DNA of 64,000 bases from Terriglobales bacterium (GTDB taxonomy: Bacteria; Acidobacteriota; Terriglobia; Terriglobales; Acidobacteriaceae): the NCBI GenBank assembly GCA_036392935.1, contig DASVWZ010000156.1:1433-65432 (forward strand), given 5' to 3'. Below, in pieces: positions 58,500 through 64,000 of the stretch. Position 1 is the first letter of the stretch. Each line of letters begins with the position of its first letter. A program made the translations under genes and the position numbers. The notes beneath the pieces were generated by a model that worked only from the letters and a program-made list of their open reading frames with translations, was not told the origin of the DNA and ran no database searches.

Positions 58500-59081
58500 A
58501 TGAAATCCCTCGACGACTACCTCCACGACGCCGAACTCGCACACGGACACCTCTGCGCCGGCCAGGTCCTCGGAGTCCGCCTCGCCATGCTTGGCCTGAA
58601 TCAGTTGGGAATCGAGGACCCGCGCGGCAAAGACCGCAAGCGCCTCGTCACCTTCGTCGAAATCGACCGCTGCGCCACCGACGCCGTCGCCGTCGTCACC
58701 GGATGCCGCCTCGGCAAACGCGCCCTCAAATTCCGCGACTGGGGCAAAATGGCCGCCACCTTCGTCGACGTCTCCACCGGCAAAGCCATTCGCATCGCCG
58801 CCAAAGAATCCTCCAAGCAACGCGCCCGCGAACTCCACCCCGAAATCGAAAATAAAAATCAGCAGCAGATGCTCGCCTACCGCGAAATGGCAGACGACGA
58901 CCTCTTCACCCTGCAATGGGTAAAGGTCGACCTCCCGCCGGAAGAATTTCCCGGCTACAAAGGCGAACGCATTGTCTGTGATTTATGCGGCGAAGGCATC
59001 AACTTTCGCCGCGAAGTCCGCCGCGGCGCCCAGACTCTCTGCCGCTCCTGCTCCGGCGAACAATACTACCAACCCCTCTGA
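58500..59081 (+). CDS. FmdE-family protein with C-terminal zinc ribbon
   Basis: HGHLCAGQVLGVRLA, VEIDRCATDAVAVVTGC, and C-terminal CDLCGE...CRSC. Confidence 0.8.
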   Translation: MKSLDDYLHDAELAHGHLCAGQVLGVRLAMLGLNQLGIEDPRGKDRKRLVTFVEIDRCATDAVAVVTGCRLGKRALKFRDWGKMAATFVDVSTGKAIRIAAKESSKQRARELHPEIENKNQQQMLAYREMADDDLFTLQWVKVDLPPEEFPGYKGERIVCDLCGEGINFRREVRRGAQTLCRSCSGEQYYQPL

Positions 59082-59112
59082 TCGCCGCTGTCGCGCACCT
59101 ACAAACAAAAAA

Positions 59113-59194
59113 GCACGGCCTCAGCCGTGCCGCCATCACACCCTATCCATTGTCATTCCGAACGCTTTAGCCGTTAGGAATCTGCTGTTCTTGC
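59113..59194 (+). repeat. two-hairpin REP-like element, copy B
   Basis: GCACGGC-CTCA-GCCGTGC ... CATTCCGAACGCTTTAGCCGTTAGGAATCTGCTG. Same orientation as copy A. Confidence 0.7.
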
Positions 59195-59269
59195 CTGAAT
59201 GGGAGGGCGTTTTTCTGTTTTTGATTCACTTCTGCATTCAAACTTCTGCCTTTTGACTTTCGGTTCTAC

Positions 59270-59297
59270 TAATGACTAATGACTAACGACTAATGAC
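59270..59297 (+). repeat. four TAAYGAC heptamers overlapping the gatA stop
   Basis: TAATGAC TAATGAC TAACGAC TAATGAC. The gatA stop (59290..59292, minus strand) and its last two codons lie inside the tract. Confidence 0.8.
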
Positions 59298-60726
59298 TGG
59301 TGTTCTGCTCCACCGCCCCCGCCACCCTCAGCACTGTCGCCTCATCGAAATGCTTGCCCAGAATTTGCAGCCCGATCGGCAGCTTGTCTTTCGTCTCGCC
59401 GCACGGCACCGAAATCCCCGGAATCCCCGCCAAATCCGCCGTCACCGTGTAAATATCCGCCAGATACATCGCCAGCGGATCGTCAACTTTTTCGCCCAGC
59501 TTGAACGCCGCCGTCGGCGAAGTGGGTGTCACAATCACATCCACTTGCTTGAACGCCTCGGCGAAATCCCGCGCCAGAAGCGCCCTTACTTTTTGCGCTT
59601 TCAGATAATACGCGTCGTAATAACCCGCGCTCAAAACATACGTTCCCAGCATGATCCGCCGCTTCACTTCCGCCCCAAATCCCTCGTCGCGCGTCCGCCG
59701 GTACATCTCACTCAGCGTCTTCGCATTCTTCGCTCGATACCCATACCGCACGCCGTCATATCGCGCCAGGTTCGACGAAGCCTCCGCCGTCGCAATGATG
59801 TAATACACCGGGATCGCATATTTCGTATGCGGCAACGACACCGGCACAATCTCGCATCCCTGCTGCGCCAGTTTCTGTATTGCAGCCTCTACGGCACCCT
59901 TGACCTCCGCATCCAGACCTTCGGCGAAATACTCTTTCGCCACGCCAATCTTCAATCCACGAACCGGCTTTTCCATCTCCGCTACATAATCCGGCACCGG
60001 CACATCCGCCGAAGTCGCATCCATCGGATCGCGCCCCGCAATCACGCCCAGTACGATCGCCGCATCTTTCACCGTCTTCGTCAACGGCCCAATGTGATCG
60101 AGCGACGACGCAAACGCAATCAGCCCATACCGCGAAACTCGCCCATACGTCGGCATCAACCCAACCACGCCGCAAAATGACGCCGGCTGCCGGATCGATC
60201 CTCCCGTATCCGATCCCAACGCTGCCACCGCCATATCCGCCGCTACCGCTGCCGCCGACCCGCCCGACGAACCTCCCGGCACTCGGCTCAAATCCCGCGG
60301 ATTGTGCACTGGCTTCCACGCCGAATTTTCATTTGACGACCCCATGGCAAACTCATCGCAATTCGCTTTTCCCAGCATGATCGCACCCGCCGCTTCCATC
60401 TTGGCGACGGCCGTGCAGTCGTACGGCGGAATAAAATTTCCCAGAATCTTCGACCCCGCCGTTGTGCGCACGTCTTTTGTGACCATCACATCCTTGATCG
60501 CAACCGGCACTCCAGCGAGCGGCAGCAACGCCTCGCCGCGCGCCGCCAACCCATCGATCTCATTCGCTTTTTCGACCGCGCGCTCTCTGCACAACGTCAG
60601 GTACGCCCCAATCGCCGGATCTTCCCTTTCGATCCGCGCGTAGTACTGCTCCACCAGGGCAAACGCAGTTGTCCTGCGCTCCCGAATCGCGCCGCGGACG
60701 GTATCAATCGTCAAAGAATTCGCCAT
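59290..60726 (-). CDS. gatA: Asp-tRNA(Asn)/Glu-tRNA(Gln) amidotransferase subunit A
   Basis: Amidase signature [12 protein letters not shown]...[12 protein letters not shown]. Full-length collinearity with GatA. Lies downstream of gatC. Confidence 0.95.
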   Translation of the reverse strand: MANSLTIDTVRGAIRERRTTAFALVEQYYARIEREDPAIGAYLTLCRERAVEKANEIDGLAARGEALLPLAGVPVAIKDVMVTKDVRTTAGSKILGNFIPPYDCTAVAKMEAAGAIMLGKANCDEFAMGSSNENSAWKPVHNPRDLSRVPGGSSGGSAAAVAADMAVAALGSDTGGSIRQPASFCGVVGLMPTYGRVSRYGLIAFASSLDHIGPLTKTVKDAAIVLGVIAGRDPMDATSADVPVPDYVAEMEKPVRGLKIGVAKEYFAEGLDAEVKGAVEAAIQKLAQQGCEIVPVSLPHTKYAIPVYYIIATAEASSNLARYDGVRYGYRAKNAKTLSEMYRRTRDEGFGAEVKRRIMLGTYVLSAGYYDAYYLKAQKVRALLARDFAEAFKQVDVIVTPTSPTAAFKLGEKVDDPLAMYLADIYTVTADLAGIPGISVPCGETKDKLPIGLQILGKHFDEATVLRVAGAVEQNTSH

Positions 60727-60742
60727 CGTTTCAGATTCAAAA

Positions 60743-60810
60743 GACAGAAGTCAGAATGCAGAAGTAAAATCGCGCTCCCTTCTGCACTCTGACTTCTAAC
60801 TTCTGCCTTA
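60743..60810. repeat. imperfect inverted repeat of NNAGAAG heptamers filling the gatC-gatA spacer
   Basis: Left arm ACAGAAGTCAGAATGCAGAAG. Loop TAAAATCGCGCTCC. Right arm CTTCTGCACTCTGACTTCTAACTTCTG. The right arm abuts the gatC stop codon. Confidence 0.6.
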
Positions 60811-61113
60811 TCTTTCAATCACCTTCGGGACTTTGAAGTACGTCCCGTCGCTCACAGGCGCATTCGCCATCGCCACATCGTGCGGCAGCGATTTTCTCAG
60901 TCCCTCAAGCACATCCTCCCGCGGGGTCGAGCTTTTTTTCCCGCTTGTCACCTGCGCCATGGGCCCAACCGACGCCGTATCAACCTCATTCAGCCGGCCC
61001 ATGTAGTCCAAAATCGAGTTCAGGTCGCGCTGCATCCGCACGCGTTCCTCCCCTGTGAGTTCAAGATTGGCAAGCCCGGTGATATAGGAAACGTCTTTTT
61101 CGCTGACCTTCAT
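60808..61113 (-). CDS. gatC: Asp-tRNA(Asn)/Glu-tRNA(Gln) amidotransferase subunit C
   Basis: MKVSEKDVSYITGLANLELTGEERVRMQRDLNSILDYMGRLNEVDT (101 aa). The internal Met at 61113 is used; the track ORF extends upstream implausibly. Confidence 0.85.
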   Translation of the reverse strand: MKVSEKDVSYITGLANLELTGEERVRMQRDLNSILDYMGRLNEVDTASVGPMAQVTSGKKSSTPREDVLEGLRKSLPHDVAMANAPVSDGTYFKVPKVIER

Positions 61114-61288
61114 GCTATGAACTGCGGACCCGAAGAAGCTAGAAAATCTTTTTTTTCTACCCTCTAATTTCAGAATATCAGTTTTGACAGGGTAAACCTG
61201 ACACGATTGGGAACAATATTTTTCCCATGGAATCAGTGTTTTGCGCGAATGTTGGCAGATTTGGGGGCTTGACAAGAATTTCTGTAAT

Positions 61289-62632
61289 TCACGCACCAGG
61301 CGGGAATTCACGCAAAACGTACCCCAAAGCGTCATTTTTGTCCTGGAAACGCCCCTCCAGCTGGCCATCCTCGACGGCTGAGAGAATTTTTTTGAAACGC
61401 GGTCCCGGCGGGTATCCGGCGGCGATCAGATCATCGCCCGTGACCAGCGGCCGAGGGCGGAGCGCGGCTTCCGGCAGGTGAGCCATTTTTTCACGCGTAA
61501 ACTCATAAGCCCCAAGATTACAATGACTTGAGAGGCAATCGATGCGGTGTAATTCCAGATGTTCGTCAAAATTTGGCATGCGAACAAATTTTTTAAACGT
61601 CGACTCGCTCATCCGCTGCGCGTGGCCAAAACGCATGTGATTGTCAACCAAAGCAAGAATCTGCCGGGTTTCGTCTCCCGAAAATCGCAAGCGTTCGCAG
61701 ATCGCCTCGGCCATTTTCACGCCGACGTCGACATGTCCATCAAAACGAATGCGATCGGGCGCCACACGAAAAGTCGGCGGCTTGCCCACATCGTGCAATA
61801 AAGCTCCCCACGCCAGCGTGGGCGGGCATGGCTGTGGCAGCTTGCTCAGTAAAAGCAGCGTGTGAACAAAAACATCGCCCTCGGGATGAAACTCCGGTGG
61901 TTGTGCAATCCCTTTCATTGCTTCGATTTCCGGCAAAACCTCATGCTGCAGGCCAGTCTGATCGAGCAATAAAAATGCTTCGCGAGCATGACCTTCCGTC
62001 AGCATTTTTGTGAGTTCATCACGCACTCGCTCGCGGGAAACCTGACGAATTTCCGGCGCCAGTTGTTTAATTGCCGCGAACGTCTTCGATTCGATTTCAT
62101 AGCCGAAACGAGCCGCGAACCGAACCGCTCGCAGCATTCGGAGTTTGTCTTCGGTAAATCTTAGTTCGGGTTCGCCGATGGTTCGAATGATCTTGCGTTT
62201 TAAATCCTCCTGCCCGCCGACATAATCCAGCACTTTGTTGGTGATGGGATCAAGCAGCAATCCGTTGATAGTAAAGTCCCGCCGCTGCACGTCTTGGCGC
62301 GCATCATGTGTGAATCGGACTTCATCCGGATGGCGGCCGTCGGAATATCCGATGTCGCTGCGAAATGTGGCAACCTCGACATCCTTCGGCTGACTCTCGA
62401 CTCGCGCGTCGTCTGGTATTGGCACCAGCACCACGCCGAACTGCGCGCCGACCGCATAGGTCTGAGGGAAAATTCGCATGACTTCTTCCGGCGTGGCCTC
62501 TGTCGCAACGTCATAGTCAGCAGGCTCGCGTTTGAGCAGAAGATCGCGTACGCAACCGCCCGCCAGATAGGCCTGATGGCCTTTCTCACGCAGGGTGCGA
62601 ATGATCGAAATGGCAAAGTCTCTCGCGTCCAT
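61289..62632 (-). CDS. cca: CCA tRNA nucleotidyltransferase (poly(A) polymerase head plus HD domain)
   Basis: AYLAGGCVRDLLL, DYDVAT, RRDFTINGLL, and HD motif LLHDVGK. Confidence 0.85.
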   Translation of the reverse strand: MDARDFAISIIRTLREKGHQAYLAGGCVRDLLLKREPADYDVATEATPEEVMRIFPQTYAVGAQFGVVLVPIPDDARVESQPKDVEVATFRSDIGYSDGRHPDEVRFTHDARQDVQRRDFTINGLLLDPITNKVLDYVGGQEDLKRKIIRTIGEPELRFTEDKLRMLRAVRFAARFGYEIESKTFAAIKQLAPEIRQVSRERVRDELTKMLTEGHAREAFLLLDQTGLQHEVLPEIEAMKGIAQPPEFHPEGDVFVHTLLLLSKLPQPCPPTLAWGALLHDVGKPPTFRVAPDRIRFDGHVDVGVKMAEAICERLRFSGDETRQILALVDNHMRFGHAQRMSESTFKKFVRMPNFDEHLELHRIDCLSSHCNLGAYEFTREKMAHLPEAALRPRPLVTGDDLIAAGYPPGPRFKKILSAVEDGQLEGRFQDKNDALGYVLREFPPGA

Positions 62633-62655
62633 ACCGAGTCTTTACCAGATAGTAT

Positions 62656-63804
62656 ATGGACATGCCCGGCGCTAAAATTCTCGGCATTGAAAGCTCGTGT
62701 GACGAGACGGCTGCATCCGTGGTGCGATCAGGCGAGAAAGTTATCTCAAATGTCGTCTTCTCGCAGATTGCGACGCACCAGCCGTATGGCGGAGTTGTGC
62801 CGGAACTGGCTTCCCGCGAGCATCTGCGGGCAATCGTTCCGGTAGTACGAAAAGCGTTGGCGGATGCTGGTCAAAGCTTTCAGTCCATCGATGCGCTGGC
62901 CGTCACCCAGGGCCCCGGGCTGGCGGGAGCTTTGCTTGTCGGAATCAGCTACGCGAAAGCACTGGCTTTTGCTCTCGAAAAGCCGTTGATTGCCGTAAAT
63001 CATCTCGAAGGCCATATCCACGCGGTGTTGCTCGAGGAGCGGCAAAAAGGAAATCGCGAATTAAATTTTCCAGTGCTGGCGCTGGTGGTCTCCGGTGGGC
63101 ACACGCACTTATACCTTGCAGCCAAAAAAAGTGATAGCTGGTCCTACCAGAATGTCGGGCACACGCGAGACGACGCGGCTGGCGAGGCTTTCGACAAAGT
63201 TGCCAAACTGCTCGCGCTGGGATATCCCGGCGGGCCGATTATAGACAAGCTTGCACCGCACGGTAATCCTGAAGCCGTAAAATTCCCGCCGGCGCAACTG
63301 AAGCACCGCGACCGCAATGACCGAGGTAATCCCGCAGACGCCCTGCGCTTCGATTTTTCCTACAGCGGAATTAAAACAGCTGTGTTGCGATACGTCGAGA
63401 CCAACGATTTGCACCAATCGATTGATGCCCGGAGGCGAGCACTGGCCACGCCGAACAAGCCAACAGTCGAAGACTATCTGCGGCTTTGCGATCGGCAGTC
63501 TCTGGATCTGATCGCGTCATTTCAACATGCGATGATCGAGGACCTCGTCGGCAAAACTCTGGCCGCAGCGCGGGCTTTCGATGTGGCAACTTTGTTCGTC
63601 ACCGGGGGAGTGGCGGCGAACCAGGCACTGCGCCGGCGATTCGAAGATGTGTCAGCGCAGGAAGGGTTACCGGTATTTTTTCCTTCTCGCCCGCTTTCCA
63701 CCGACAACGCGGCCATGATCGCGGCCGCAGCTTATCCGAAATTTCTGGTAAACGATTTCGCGCCAATGGATTTTTCCGCCGAAGCCGGCATGGCGCTGAA
63801 ATAA
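62656..63804 (+). CDS. tsaD: tRNA N6-adenosine threonylcarbamoyltransferase TsaD
   Basis: ILGIESSCDETAASVV, NHLEGHI, VSGGHTHL, GGVAANQALR. Confidence 0.95.
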   Translation: MDMPGAKILGIESSCDETAASVVRSGEKVISNVVFSQIATHQPYGGVVPELASREHLRAIVPVVRKALADAGQSFQSIDALAVTQGPGLAGALLVGISYAKALAFALEKPLIAVNHLEGHIHAVLLEERQKGNRELNFPVLALVVSGGHTHLYLAAKKSDSWSYQNVGHTRDDAAGEAFDKVAKLLALGYPGGPIIDKLAPHGNPEAVKFPPAQLKHRDRNDRGNPADALRFDFSYSGIKTAVLRYVETNDLHQSIDARRRALATPNKPTVEDYLRLCDRQSLDLIASFQHAMIEDLVGKTLAAARAFDVATLFVTGGVAANQALRRRFEDVSAQEGLPVFFPSRPLSTDNAAMIAAAAYPKFLVNDFAPMDFSAEAGMALK

Positions 63805-63838
63805 GCGGAGTACCATTCGTTTTTCGCGTGCGCGGCGT

Positions 63839-64000
63839 TCACTGGATGTTCTGGGAATAATAGCCGTCGCGGGCCTCTATGCTCATATCTTTCTTGTTAG
63901 TCGAAACTTGAATCTTGTGGTAGTCCCCGGAGACTTGCGGAGCAACCGGGGTGTAACCGAGGCTGTATTGCGTGCGGAGTTCCTGTTCGATCTGAGCATA
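63839..64000 (-). CDS. C-terminal end of a VWFA-related acidobacterial-type protein (gene runs off the right edge)
   Basis: Not in the ORF track. The reverse strand reads ...YAQIEQELRTQYSLGYTPVAPQVSGDYHKIQVSTNKKDMSIEARDGYYSQNIQ* with the stop at 63839..63841. This matches the typical C-terminus of that family as I recall it. Confidence 0.5.
   Translation of the reverse strand, partial: YAQIEQELRTQYSLGYTPVAPQVSGDYHKIQVSTNKKDMSIEARDGYYSQNIQ

Overview
GC-rich bacterial chromosomal segment with about 50 protein genes; I saw no rRNA, tRNA or CRISPR. It is most likely acidobacterial (Terriglobia-like). That is an inference from the GloVer-repeat and FG-GAP exoproteins, a CarboxypepD_reg-type TonB-dependent receptor, a Ser/Thr kinase-TolB-propeller fusion, an acidobacterial VWFA-type C-terminus and typical REP-like hairpins. 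Most of the window is housekeeping: motAB, mreBCD, mrdA-rodA, secA, clpC, lolCD, rne, gatCA, cca, tsaD. Five things deserve a second look. (1) At 11.2-16.8 kb, two Crp/Fnr-type genes (one truncated) sit beside a 13-haem cytochrome c/cytochrome b fusion (CbcL-like) and a 3-TM 7-haem NapC/NirT-like cytochrome (ImcH-like). This looks like a compact quinol-oxidising electron-export module, and CRP-consensus palindromes lie upstream. (2) At 54.0-58.4 kb there is an orphan phage-tail-tip-like gene with two lysis-like small membrane proteins, a lipoprotein and an antisense four-helix-bundle gene, wedged between rne and gatCA and embedded in repeats. (3) The intergenic DNA is full of 7-nt-periodic repeats (TGAYGAC, AGCTGAN, NNAGAAG). 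These place stop codons in all three frames, form long intercistronic hairpins (mreB/mreC, gatC/gatA) and bracket a Phd/VapC cassette. (4) A degenerate GGDEF protein with a Cys-rich PAS domain is translationally coupled to motAB, and the divergent diguanylate cyclase has Gly in place of its receiver phospho-acceptor Asp. (5) A DUF4160 gene carries an in-frame TGA and overlaps a DUF2442 gene. All calls come from reading the sequence and translations by eye; no searches were run.
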